Origin: Alphaproteobacteria bacterium
GTDB taxonomy: Bacteria; Pseudomonadota; Alphaproteobacteria; Bin98
Assembly (NCBI GenBank): GCA_965261615.1
Contig: OZ253461.1
Location: 57,046 to 121,045 of the forward strand
Reading direction: 5' to 3'
Length of the DNA stretch: 64,000 nt
In this document: positions 29,301-37,907 of the stretch, piece by piece
Position numbering within the stretch: the first letter of the stretch is position 1
Layout of the letters: each line of letters starts with the position of its first letter
The notes under the pieces: generated by a model
Told to the model about the DNA's origin: nothing
The model's database searches: none
What the model saw: only the letters and a program-made list of their open reading frames with translations
Translations under genes and position numbers: made by a program

Positions 29301-30440
29301 AGTTGAATAATCTGGGGCGTTATCCACCTTTAATTAACAAGGTGGAGACACCTTATATATGACCACACACTTACGGTTTTCATTTCACCCACTGCAAATG
29401 CAGAGACCCAACTATAGCCAAAACATAAACTAACTTGTCTTACGGCCTGATCTATGATAAAATCTCCCCATGATGCAACTTATACTTATATTTACCCTCT
29501 TCATATCAACCTATTCTGTGGCCGCCAGTTCACAGGAAGACGGTTCTATTTGGGAGGGATGGAACACAGCAGATCTTGCCTCCTTTTTAAGACGCGTCGT
29601 GCCTTGTGTAGACGCTATTTCATCCGCCTTGCAGTATAACTATAACAATAAGCATGAGCAACACATCAAGAAAGCTCTAACGCACCTCCACCAGCAAAAC
29701 GCCAAAGCCGTAGAGTCTTGTGCTCATGCGCTCTACGATGCTTTATTCCTCCAAGAGCAAGCCAAGGAAGGTGCAACAACACCTCTCAGCAGCTATCAAC
29801 AACTGCCCTCCTTCAAGAAAAGTGAGCTCTTCAAAGCGGGCAAACTCCACCCCAGATTATCTCGTTTCATAAAACAGCATGGGAGCAACAAAAGACATCT
29901 GGGCAACCCACAACTCGACAGCTTAACGGACTATTTTTGTGGGGCATATTTCACTCCAAACGCCGCTGGCGAAATTATAGAAGTGGAAATCCCTCTTTAT
30001 ATAATAAAAAAGAACGACTGTCCATTAACGCAAACGCACATAAGCACACACGACGCAAACACCTTAACCCCAGGCACATTAGTCTGGAACCAAGACGCTC
30101 TACTAACAACAGAAACCGGAGCCATATTTATATATGCAAAAATCAACCTTCCACCTCTGTTGAGACTCTTTAGTGGAACCTGCTCTTTTGCTGCATATGA
30201 AACAAAACCATCTCCCACACCACGCCTAAAAGCAAGCTCAGAAGGCATAAAATTCAGCCAGAAAATAGAGCAAAATTGCGCATATCTAGCAACGCTCAGC
30301 ACAAAGATAAATGAGTCAGCTCCCCAGCAACAACCAGACCCTTCAAGCATAGAGCAAGAGTGTGCAGACCAAAAGATCAGCAGCACAAAGATCAATGAGT
30401 CGGCCCCCCAGCCACAACCAGACTCTTCTATTTGGGCGGG
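29301..30440. repeat. Copy 2 of the ~1.14 kb tandem duplication
   Basis: See copy 1 at 28161..29300. A third, partial copy follows at ~30428-31230 (tctatttgggcgggatggaacacagcagatcttgcc... matches 28403 onward). Confidence 0.8.
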
Positions 30441-32319
30441 ATGGAACACAGCAGATCTTGCCTCCTTTTTAAGACGCGTCGTGCCTTGTGTAGACGCTAT
30501 TTCATCCGCCTTGCAGTATAACTATAACAATAAGCATGAGCAACACATCAAGAAAGCTCTAACGCACCTCCACCAGCAAAACGCCAAAGCCGTAGAGTCT
30601 TGTGCTCATGCGCTCTACGATGCTTTATTCCTCCAAGATAAGGAAGGTGCAGCAACACCTCTCAGCGGCCATCAAACACTGCTATCCCTCAAGAAAAGTG
30701 AGCTCTTCAAAGCGGGCAAACTCCACCCCAGATTATCTCGTTTCATAAAACAGCATGGGAGCAACAAAAGACATCTGGGCAACCCACAACTCGACAGCTT
30801 AACGGACTATTTTTGTGGGGCATATTTCACTCCAAACGCCGCTGGCGAAATTATAGAAGTGGAAATCCCTCTTTATATAATAAAAAAGAACGACTGTCCA
30901 TTAACGCAAACGCACATAAGCACACACGACGCAAACACCTTAACCCCAGGCACATTAGTCTGGAACCAAGACGCTCTACTAACAACAGAAACCGGAGCCA
31001 TATTTATATATGCAAAAATCAACCTTCCACCTCTGTTGAGACTCTTTAGTGGAACCTGCTCTTTTGCTGCATATGAAACAAAACCATCTCCCACACCACG
31101 CCTAAAAGCAAGCCCAGAAGGCATAAAATTCAGCCAGAAAATAGAGCAAAATTGCGCATATCTAGCAACGCTCAGCACAAAGATAAATGAGTCAGCTCCC
31201 CAGCAACAACCAGACCCTTCAAGCATAGAGCAAGAGTGTGCAGACCAAAAGATCAGCAGCACAAAGATCAATGAGTCGGCCCCCCAGCCACAACCAGACT
31301 CTTCAAGCATAGAGCAAGAGTGTGCAGACCAAAAGATCAGTAGCACAAAGATAAATGAGTCGGCCCCCCAGCCACAACCAGACTCTTCAAGCATAGAGCA
31401 AGAGTGTGCAGACCAAAAGATCAGTAGCACAAAGATAAATGAGTCGGCCCCCCAGCAACAACCAGACCCTTCCTCAAGCACAGCCACCTCAGACTGGGAC
31501 GGGTGGAACATCGCAGACCTCGCCACCTTTTTACAGTGCCACCAACCAACTGCCGCCAACCTTGCAAGGGCATCTAAAAAAAGCTATACAAGTGATCACT
31601 GGAATTATATCGCATACAACCTGACCGCAATACACCAGAGGTTCTCTCGAGCGATATCCTCCTGTGCCCAAGCATTCTATGATGCTTTACAAGACCAATC
31701 TGCGCCACTGCCTGTTTTAAAGCACGATGAACTGTACAAAAATGGTAAGCTTCACCCCGCTTTATCCCGTTTAGTAAAAAAACATGCCAACCGAAGGTAT
31801 AAGATTGGCAATTCACGCACCCGCCGACCGGGAGATCTATTCTCAGTCCTGTATTCCAATCGCAATGGTTGGGGTCTAACCTCACACATATGCATCCCCC
31901 TTTATATATATAAAAGCGATAGCCTTCAATTAACAAGCCCCCACATTAGCAAGTATCAGGAAGCAACCTTACTACCCCCCAGAGGCCCTATTGCTTCAGA
32001 GGCCAATGCACTACTCACGGCTCACGATAGCGCCCTTTTTATATATGCAGAAATCCCTCTTCTCCCCCTATTGGGACCTGTGCGGCTTGTCGCATATCAA
32101 ACAAAACAACAGCCAGGATCACGCTTAACAAACAATGCTGACCACCAAAAATTCACACAACGTATAGAACAGTCTATCCGCGAAATCCCTCAAACGTCCG
32201 CTGCCTCTCATTCAGATCTATTGCCACACCCACTAGCAGCACAAACGCGCACACTGCTGTCTCCACACCAACTAGCAGCAAACGCTATCCGCGCCACATA
32301 TACGCCTGGACAAGTCTGA
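29470..32319 (+). CDS. Tri-modular family-A fusion protein (949 aa): three family-A modules joined by 28-aa repeat linkers
   Basis: Module 1 is nearly identical to 28329..29237. Module 2 (from IWAGWNTADLASFL, no signal peptide) is nearly identical again. 84-bp (28-aa) tandem linker repeats SIEQECADQKISSTKINESAPQPQPDSS follow. Module 3 is divergent (SDWDGWNIADLATFL...SCAQAFYDAL...LYKNGKLHPALSRLVKKH...IPLYIY...PHISKYQEATL...ALFIYAEI...VAYQTK). Confidence 0.6.
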   Translation: MMQLILIFTLFISTYSVAASSQEDGSIWEGWNTADLASFLRRVVPCVDAISSALQYNYNNKHEQHIKKALTHLHQQNAKAVESCAHALYDALFLQEQAKEGATTPLSSYQQLPSFKKSELFKAGKLHPRLSRFIKQHGSNKRHLGNPQLDSLTDYFCGAYFTPNAAGEIIEVEIPLYIIKKNDCPLTQTHISTHDANTLTPGTLVWNQDALLTTETGAIFIYAKINLPPLLRLFSGTCSFAAYETKPSPTPRLKASSEGIKFSQKIEQNCAYLATLSTKINESAPQQQPDPSSIEQECADQKISSTKINESAPQPQPDSSIWAGWNTADLASFLRRVVPCVDAISSALQYNYNNKHEQHIKKALTHLHQQNAKAVESCAHALYDALFLQDKEGAATPLSGHQTLLSLKKSELFKAGKLHPRLSRFIKQHGSNKRHLGNPQLDSLTDYFCGAYFTPNAAGEIIEVEIPLYIIKKNDCPLTQTHISTHDANTLTPGTLVWNQDALLTTETGAIFIYAKINLPPLLRLFSGTCSFAAYETKPSPTPRLKASPEGIKFSQKIEQNCAYLATLSTKINESAPQQQPDPSSIEQECADQKISSTKINESAPQPQPDSSSIEQECADQKISSTKINESAPQPQPDSSSIEQECADQKISSTKINESAPQQQPDPSSSTATSDWDGWNIADLATFLQCHQPTAANLARASKKSYTSDHWNYIAYNLTAIHQRFSRAISSCAQAFYDALQDQSAPLPVLKHDELYKNGKLHPALSRLVKKHANRRYKIGNSRTRRPGDLFSVLYSNRNGWGLTSHICIPLYIYKSDSLQLTSPHISKYQEATLLPPRGPIASEANALLTAHDSALFIYAEIPLLPLLGPVRLVAYQTKQQPGSRLTNNADHQKFTQRIEQSIREIPQTSAASHSDLLPHPLAAQTRTLLSPHQLAANAIRATYTPGQV
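30301..30425. repeat. 84-bp coding tandem repeat, ~1.5 copies (linker between modules 1 and 2)
   Basis: This DNA encodes KINESAPQQQPDPSSIEQECADQKISSTKINESAPQPQPDSS. Confidence 0.7.
31178..31478. repeat. 84-bp coding tandem repeat, ~3.5 copies (linker between modules 2 and 3)
   Basis: Repeated agcatagagcaagagtgtgcagaccaaaagatcag(c/t)agcacaaagat(c/a)aatgagtcggccccccagccacaaccagactcttca, with units starting near 31221, 31305 and 31389. Confidence 0.75.
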
Positions 32320-32438
32320 TTCCAGCACATCCGCCGCGCTCTTCTTGGCCGACCTAAGGTTCCTGAAGAGCGTTTTGCGGATCAGGCTGTTCCTAAATAT
32401 TTTCTAGCAACGTCAGCTTAACCAGAGCATCTCGTTCC

Positions 32439-33140
32439 TTATTCTGCAGGAACGCCATTCTCCCACCAGTTCTTATATTTGCTTTTCTCATCCTTTCCCA
32501 TATGCCGAAGTATCTTCTGAGCGGTGACTTTACCACCCCGACTAGCATATGGCTCAAGAGTCTCTTGCGCATACTGAAGTCGCCACAAACCAAGCTCACA
32601 CTTCTTAGCATACTCTTCACCAGCTGCACAAACACCAGGATCCAGCGGTTCCCCTTTAGTAGCAGCCTGAGCCCCCTTTATAACATCATCATAATCACAC
32701 AAAAAAGAATGCTCTTTTGCTAGCATCAACCGAAAATCTGCCAAATCTTTTGCTAGTACACCGCCAAACCCAGTCTTTAATTGACTTAACAAGCTAAAAG
32801 CCTGTAGGCGGCCTAAGTTTCCTTCCTCATAGATTTTCTGGGCAGAGTCTTTGTCTATATCCTTGTCAAGCACGCTCACATATAGCCGTCTTAAGCTAAC
32901 GGCACTTTCTGTTACAGAACGAGCTGACTCCCATTTTTCACATAACTTATTATAGGCATCAACTACTTCCTTATCGGCCCACCTTAGGTTGATTTCCAGG
33001 CTTTTAAGAACACCATACACTTCCGCAGTCGTGCTCACTTTAAACGCCCCCGCACCAGCGGGGCGCGCCTGATCAGACGCAAGAGCGCTCAAAACACACA
33101 AAAAAACACTGATCCTCCCCCACATAAACTCTGCTAACAT
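32439..33140 (-). CDS. Hypothetical secreted protein (233 aa)
   Basis: Hydrophobic N-terminus (ISVFLCVLSALASDQA). No motifs recognised. Confidence 0.45.
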   Translation of the reverse strand: MLAEFMWGRISVFLCVLSALASDQARPAGAGAFKVSTTAEVYGVLKSLEINLRWADKEVVDAYNKLCEKWESARSVTESAVSLRRLYVSVLDKDIDKDSAQKIYEEGNLGRLQAFSLLSQLKTGFGGVLAKDLADFRLMLAKEHSFLCDYDDVIKGAQAATKGEPLDPGVCAAGEEYAKKCELGLWRLQYAQETLEPYASRGGKVTAQKILRHMGKDEKSKYKNWWENGVPAE

Positions 33141-33214
33141 ATCATAGGTTGGGGAGGCAGCGCGATACTCAGAAGTTATCAGTCTGCTTTAAGGCCGGCA
33201 CTGCTCTTTCAATC

Positions 33215-34102
33215 CTATTCAGCTGGGCCAGTTCGTCGCAAAAGCCTATCCGCACAGAAGCCCATCTTTTTCACGTCCCAAATCAATGCACGAACATTCA
33301 CCCACGCTGCATCCTTATTATGTTCAACATCCACCTTACTCAAGTGGCCCTTTTTCGACGCAATATACTCATCCCAATTATATCGCAAACAAAGAGCCAA
33401 AGAACACTCATAGTCCCTAAGCTCCTTATACATCTGCAGGTGCTGCAAAATTGTTACCGCTTCCTCTGGCGCACTGTACACGCCTACTTTTACTCTGTAG
33501 TTTGGCGTTTTTTGTATGCTCACATCACAAACCTCTCGCAAAGCATCCCCTACCTTTTCTTTAAAACCCTGAAGGTTTCGCAAACGTACGTTCAACATCT
33601 CCGGCAAAGGCTCTAGACCTTCAACGTCTCTTAATGCAAACGCATTACTCGCCCACTTCACACACCACAAGACTCGGTTGATTTCCTGATTAACAGCCCG
33701 CAACACACATTGCAGAACCATTGTTTGAGTCGCCTCATCCTGCAAATAAACAACCGACCCCTCCGCATCTTTTGGCATAGTGAAAAAAGCATCCCCCAGT
33801 AGCGCAATTTGATCGTCACTTAAAGCATCCCCCAATAGCGCAGTTTGCCGGTTACTTGGCGTCGCCCCTTCATTCTGGCAGATCTCCTCCAGGCCTTGTA
33901 TTGTTAAACCAACGGCTTTCCACCACTTTTGACACATGTCTGTCTCATCATTGTTGCTCACACCTTGCTCGTGCAACCTAGCCAAGCCTTGTTGCTTAAG
34001 TTTACGATTTATTGAACTTAAAAGGCTCTCATCTTCTACACAGTTTCCCCGGCACGACACAAACATAATACAAATCAAAAATAATTGTCTCAAGAAATTC
34101 AT
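33215..34102 (-). CDS. Hypothetical secreted protein (295 aa)
   Basis: Signal peptide MNFLRQLFLICIMFVSCRGNC. No motifs recognised. Confidence 0.45.
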   Translation of the reverse strand: MNFLRQLFLICIMFVSCRGNCVEDESLLSSINRKLKQQGLARLHEQGVSNNDETDMCQKWWKAVGLTIQGLEEICQNEGATPSNRQTALLGDALSDDQIALLGDAFFTMPKDAEGSVVYLQDEATQTMVLQCVLRAVNQEINRVLWCVKWASNAFALRDVEGLEPLPEMLNVRLRNLQGFKEKVGDALREVCDVSIQKTPNYRVKVGVYSAPEEAVTILQHLQMYKELRDYECSLALCLRYNWDEYIASKKGHLSKVDVEHNKDAAWVNVRALIWDVKKMGFCADRLLRRTGPAE

Positions 34103-34258
34103 GTAATCAGTGTACGGGTCTTTTAGCCATATGTCTAGTCAAAACTCTGCTAAGAACACAGTTCTTTCAGTAAAAATATAGCGTAAACTAAACATTTCCA
34201 ACCAAAATATCTTTATGGGAGCAAATCTTAATTTTCTATATCAACAAAATATGCTACA

Positions 34259-34930
34259 ATGACAGGGTCAAGAATTATGTCGTTTTTTATTCACACCATA
34301 GGAGACCGTCGCCTTGAAACAAGATTGCGCACATCTCCAGAGCCTACAAGCCCTTTAGTTATTATTGTCCACCCTGACCCGAACCTCGGAGGAAGCATGA
34401 ACAACCCCTCCGTTGTTGCTGTCGAAGATGCCTTCTTTGAGTCCGGGTTTAGCACACTCGCCTTCAATTACTCCAAAAACCCTAATCCGGTTTTAAAAGC
34501 ACACGGCGAGAAAACACCCTTATTTTTGGATGTTTCCCTTGCCCTTGACTGGGTCATGCAAGAACATTCCCAATTTAAACACTTTTGGATTGCTGGTATT
34601 TCTCTTGGGGCATACCTTGCAATGCAGGTTACTATGCGTCGACCTGAAATACTACACTTTGTGGTAGCGTCCATCCCCCTATGGCAACATGATTTTTCCT
34701 TTTTATCGCCATGCCCTGTATCTGGGTTAATTTTAAAAAGCAACCTTGCGGACCGCACATTGCAAACAGCTACGGAAGCTTGGGGAGAAAAACTATCGCA
34801 GGGCGATGTAAAGGTTGAGGTGCGCACCGTAAACGGAACAGACCCAATATTTACACGCAACACAGATCTCCTAAAGACAGAAATTTTAGCTTACTTAAAG
34901 GACATCAACCGCTTTACGGGCAAACCTTAG
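34259..34930 (+). CDS. Alpha/beta-hydrolase fold protein (predicted esterase)
   Basis: VIIVHPDPNLGGSMNN...FWIAGISLGAYLAM carries a GxSxG nucleophile elbow (GISLG) and has the typical ~220-aa size. Confidence 0.6.
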   Translation: MTGSRIMSFFIHTIGDRRLETRLRTSPEPTSPLVIIVHPDPNLGGSMNNPSVVAVEDAFFESGFSTLAFNYSKNPNPVLKAHGEKTPLFLDVSLALDWVMQEHSQFKHFWIAGISLGAYLAMQVTMRRPEILHFVVASIPLWQHDFSFLSPCPVSGLILKSNLADRTLQTATEAWGEKLSQGDVKVEVRTVNGTDPIFTRNTDLLKTEILAYLKDINRFTGKP

Positions 34931-35459
34931 TTAAAAAGCATACGTGCTTATACGTATATATCCGGTCAGCCGCAATCTGCCAACCTTCTGGCAGAACAAG
35001 CTCTTCTTTAGTTTCTTTTTGCACGACTATAACGCCATTATTGTGAAGGTTCGAAGCACAACACGCCACACCCTTTTCAAGCATACCTTTTCCAAAAGGA
35101 GGGTCAACAAACCCCACCTTAGCCTTCCAAGGCAGTGTATAAGGGGAGGTGGCATCCACAGACAAATAGCTTGTTTTTTCTAAAAGCGGTTTGGCTACCT
35201 TTTTGATATTGTTAATGTTTTCCAAACGAATTTCAGCAAAACAAACATGCCGCGCCCCTCGAGAAAGAGCTTCTAGCCCCAAGGAGCCGGATCCCGCAAA
35301 ACTATCGAGAATCTCCGATTCACTCCAATTAACAGCAAAGCGGTGTGCTAATATGTTAAACACGGCTTCTTTCATCCGTTGGCCCATAGGGCGCACAACC
35401 GCTCGATCAGGTAGGGCAATTTTTTTCCCTTTTAACAAGCCTTGACTAATTGTTAGCAC
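34914..35459 (-). CDS. rsmD: 16S rRNA (guanine966-N2)-methyltransferase RsmD
   Basis: A SAM-binding motif (DSFAGSGSLGLEALSRGA) and a DPPF motif (GFVDPPFGKG). 181 aa. Confidence 0.8.
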   Translation of the reverse strand: MLTISQGLLKGKKIALPDRAVVRPMGQRMKEAVFNILAHRFAVNWSESEILDSFAGSGSLGLEALSRGARHVCFAEIRLENINNIKKVAKPLLEKTSYLSVDATSPYTLPWKAKVGFVDPPFGKGMLEKGVACCASNLHNNGVIVVQKETKEELVLPEGWQIAADRIYTYKHVCFLTKVCP

Positions 35460-36657
35460 TTTCGCCCACTAGTTTCTTGCGGTAGGCATCCACATCCCCA
35501 TTGGAAATTTGCGCAACACCTGTCTCCACAGCAGCCTTATATACAGCAGCTGCGATTTCCACTAAAAGCTGCTGGTCTGTAAAAGGCGGAACGATAGTTT
35601 CGTATTTTTCAGCAACCACAGATAGACCTTCTGCTGCAGCCATTCTCATCTCCATGTTGATTGTTGATGCTCGACTATCAAGAGCACCCCGCAACAGGAA
35701 TGGGAAGCAAAGTAGATTATTTACTTGATTCGGGTCATCCGAACGTCCAGTTGCCACAAGAACGTCACTTCGTGCCGCCTTTGCTTTTTCTATAGAAATT
35801 TCTGGAACTGGGTTGGCCATAGCAAACACCACTGGATTGGGAGCCATAGACTGCAGCATCTCTTCTGTCATAAGATCAGCTGAAGACAGCCCTACAAAAA
35901 CATTTGCCCCCTCTAGCGCATCTTTTAAGGTACGCGCAGAAGTTTCTCTTGCAAAAGTTTTTTTAAAGTCGTTCATATTTTCTTGCCGCCCTTTATAAAT
36001 CACTCCCGCTCGATCCACGATCAGCATATTTTCAGAATCAACTCCGCAAGCCACCATAAGGTTGGCTGTTGCCAAAGCACTTGCCCCTGCACCCGAAAAA
36101 ACCACCTTAGCATCTTTAAGAGACAGGCCTTGTTTGGTCGCTGCTTTTTTAAGAGCAGAAACGACACAAACCGCCGTTCCATGCTGATCATCATGGAAGA
36201 CCGGAATATCCAGCAATTCTTGGAGACGCGATTCAATATAAAAGCACTCTGGAGCCTTTATATCTTCTAAGTTAATAGCTCCAAAGGAAGGGCTTAAAGC
36301 CTTTACTATTTCTACAATTTTTTCAGGGTCCTTTTCATCAATATTAATGTCTATGGCATCAATATTCCCATACGCTTTCATCAAAGCAGCTTTACCTTCC
36401 ATCACAGGTTTTGCGGCATAAGGGCCAATATCACCAAGGCCTAGCACTGCAGTTCCATTGGTCACTACCGCAACCAAGTGCCCTCGATTTGTATAGTCAA
36501 AAGATTTTAAAGGGTCCTTCGCTATTTCCAGGCACACATCAGCCACACCAGGAGTATAGGCAAGTTCTAAATCCTCCCGACCTCTTAAAGGTTTAAGGAT
36601 AGACGTTCCAATTTTTCCACCTATTGGCTCTTTATGATATTGTAAGCTTTTCTTCAT
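35446..36657 (-). CDS. NAD(P)-dependent malic enzyme (short form, no PTA domain)
   Basis: LELAYTPGVADVCLEI, VVTNGTAVLGLGDIGPYAAKPVMEGKAALMK, FHDDQHGTAVCVVSAL and VVFSGAGASALA are hallmark malic-enzyme blocks. 403 aa. Confidence 0.85.
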   Translation of the reverse strand: MKKSLQYHKEPIGGKIGTSILKPLRGREDLELAYTPGVADVCLEIAKDPLKSFDYTNRGHLVAVVTNGTAVLGLGDIGPYAAKPVMEGKAALMKAYGNIDAIDINIDEKDPEKIVEIVKALSPSFGAINLEDIKAPECFYIESRLQELLDIPVFHDDQHGTAVCVVSALKKAATKQGLSLKDAKVVFSGAGASALATANLMVACGVDSENMLIVDRAGVIYKGRQENMNDFKKTFARETSARTLKDALEGANVFVGLSSADLMTEEMLQSMAPNPVVFAMANPVPEISIEKAKAARSDVLVATGRSDDPNQVNNLLCFPFLLRGALDSRASTINMEMRMAAAEGLSVVAEKYETIVPPFTDQQLLVEIAAAVYKAAVETGVAQISNGDVDAYRKKLVGESANN

Positions 36658-36710
36658 ATTTCACTTTATCAAAAATAATCTGTCGTGTATACTGTAGTAG
36701 AGAAAACCCT

Positions 36711-37277
36711 ATGTTGTTTGATGTTTTATTGCTTCTAATTGTTGTTTGGGTCGGCTTTCGCCTCTTTTCCGCTTTAGGCCAAAACCCCTTAAGCGTTCAG
36801 GGTGAGGTTGGTTTAAAGGAGCCCAAAAAAGCGCCAATTTTAACCATGGAGAACGAAATCAAATCTCTCCTGCCCTCCTACTCAGAAAACAGTTTCAAAC
36901 AAGGGGCTACTCAAGCCTTTGAGTATATTATCCAATCCTTCACGTCCGGGGAAACTAAAAATCTTGAACCACTCCTTGAAAAAGAAATGTTCGAAACATA
37001 TCAGTTAACCATCCAAAAGCGCCTTGAAAAAAAAATCTCCTGCAAGCTACTCTTTTTTCGTCATATTAGCACCCAGCCTATAAGTTTTAGCCACAAAGGG
37101 AATAAAATTTTCATAAAAGTGCGCTTTCGCTCTGAGCAAACACTTGCGCTGTACGACAGAGACGATCAACTCATTCAGGGCAATCCTGATCAATCCGAGA
37201 TTTTGGAAGATGTTTGGACCTTTGCCTGCACCCTTCCCACAAAAAAGGAAGCTTGGCTATTATCTGCCATTAGCTAA
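36711..37277 (+). CDS. Tim44-like domain membrane protein (alphaproteobacterial type)
   Basis: An N-terminal TM helix (MLFDVLLLLIVVWVGF), then a ~150-aa domain ending ...EDVWTFACTLPTKKEAWLLSAIS. That ending resembles the conserved WTF...W-L C-terminus of bacterial Tim44-like proteins. Confidence 0.5.
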   Translation: MLFDVLLLLIVVWVGFRLFSALGQNPLSVQGEVGLKEPKKAPILTMENEIKSLLPSYSENSFKQGATQAFEYIIQSFTSGETKNLEPLLEKEMFETYQLTIQKRLEKKISCKLLFFRHISTQPISFSHKGNKIFIKVRFRSEQTLALYDRDDQLIQGNPDQSEILEDVWTFACTLPTKKEAWLLSAIS

Positions 37278-37282
37278 TAGTC

Positions 37283-37750
37283 ATGTCTGATAAGTTTGAA
37301 AGCTTTTTAAAGGGCGTGCAGCCTCTCAAAGAACAAAAGCCTCAAGTTAAAGCACCCCGACCAAATAAACCCACATACCCCTGCGCAGACAGACTTCCCT
37401 CCACTCACACCCCAACGATCTTTACTCTCGAAGACGTCTTAACCCGCTCCAAAGTGCTACCTTCACTTCCGCCCATTCGCCGCTCTTTAGACCTCCACAA
37501 CCTGCGATACGAGCTCGCAGAATCTATGACAATCAAATTTATTAAAGAGAGTTTTCAACTCAATATATACTCGATCTGCATTATCACTGGAAAAGGTCTA
37601 AACGGCCAAGGGGTTTTGAAGGAAAGCCTACCTTTATGGGTCCTTTCCCCAGCCATTTCTCCCTATGTTTTACATGCCATCCCCATCCTAGAAAAAAACG
37701 AGTGTTTTGGATCATACCACATTCTGTTAAAAAAACCCACACATCCCTGA
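37283..37750 (+). CDS. Smr-domain protein
   Basis: LDLHNLRYELAESM...ICIITGKGLNGQGVLKESLPLWL matches the Smr (MutS2 C-terminal) domain pattern LDLHG...ITGKG. Confidence 0.6.
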   Translation: MSDKFESFLKGVQPLKEQKPQVKAPRPNKPTYPCADRLPSTHTPTIFTLEDVLTRSKVLPSLPPIRRSLDLHNLRYELAESMTIKFIKESFQLNIYSICIITGKGLNGQGVLKESLPLWVLSPAISPYVLHAIPILEKNECFGSYHILLKKPTHP

Positions 37751-37907
37751 ACCGCAAGGAATATCTCACATACAGCTCGTGGTGATATTGCAACTTTTTG
37801 ATGATTAAAATACGTCACATTCAATGGATTTATATATTTTACCTCAAAAAAACTGTACCTTTGTTCTTAGGGAGGCGACCCACAGCAAAGGGGGTCAAAT
37901 ATTTGTT

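Noticed and set aside
28161-31478. Near-identical direct repeats considered as a CRISPR array
   Set aside because: The units are 1.14 kb and 84 bp. They are protein-coding and in-frame, they lack the short palindromic repeat and unique spacer structure, and no cas genes are present.
32320-32440. ORFs 32393..32635 (-) and 32502..32723 (+) near the end of the family-A array
   Set aside because: 32502..32723 is antisense within 32439..33140. 32393..32635 overlaps it in another frame and has no support.
32439-34102. Shared ...PAE C-termini of 32439..33140 and 33215..34102 as a possible sorting motif
   Set aside because: Only three residues are shared and there is no other alignable similarity. 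This is most likely coincidence.
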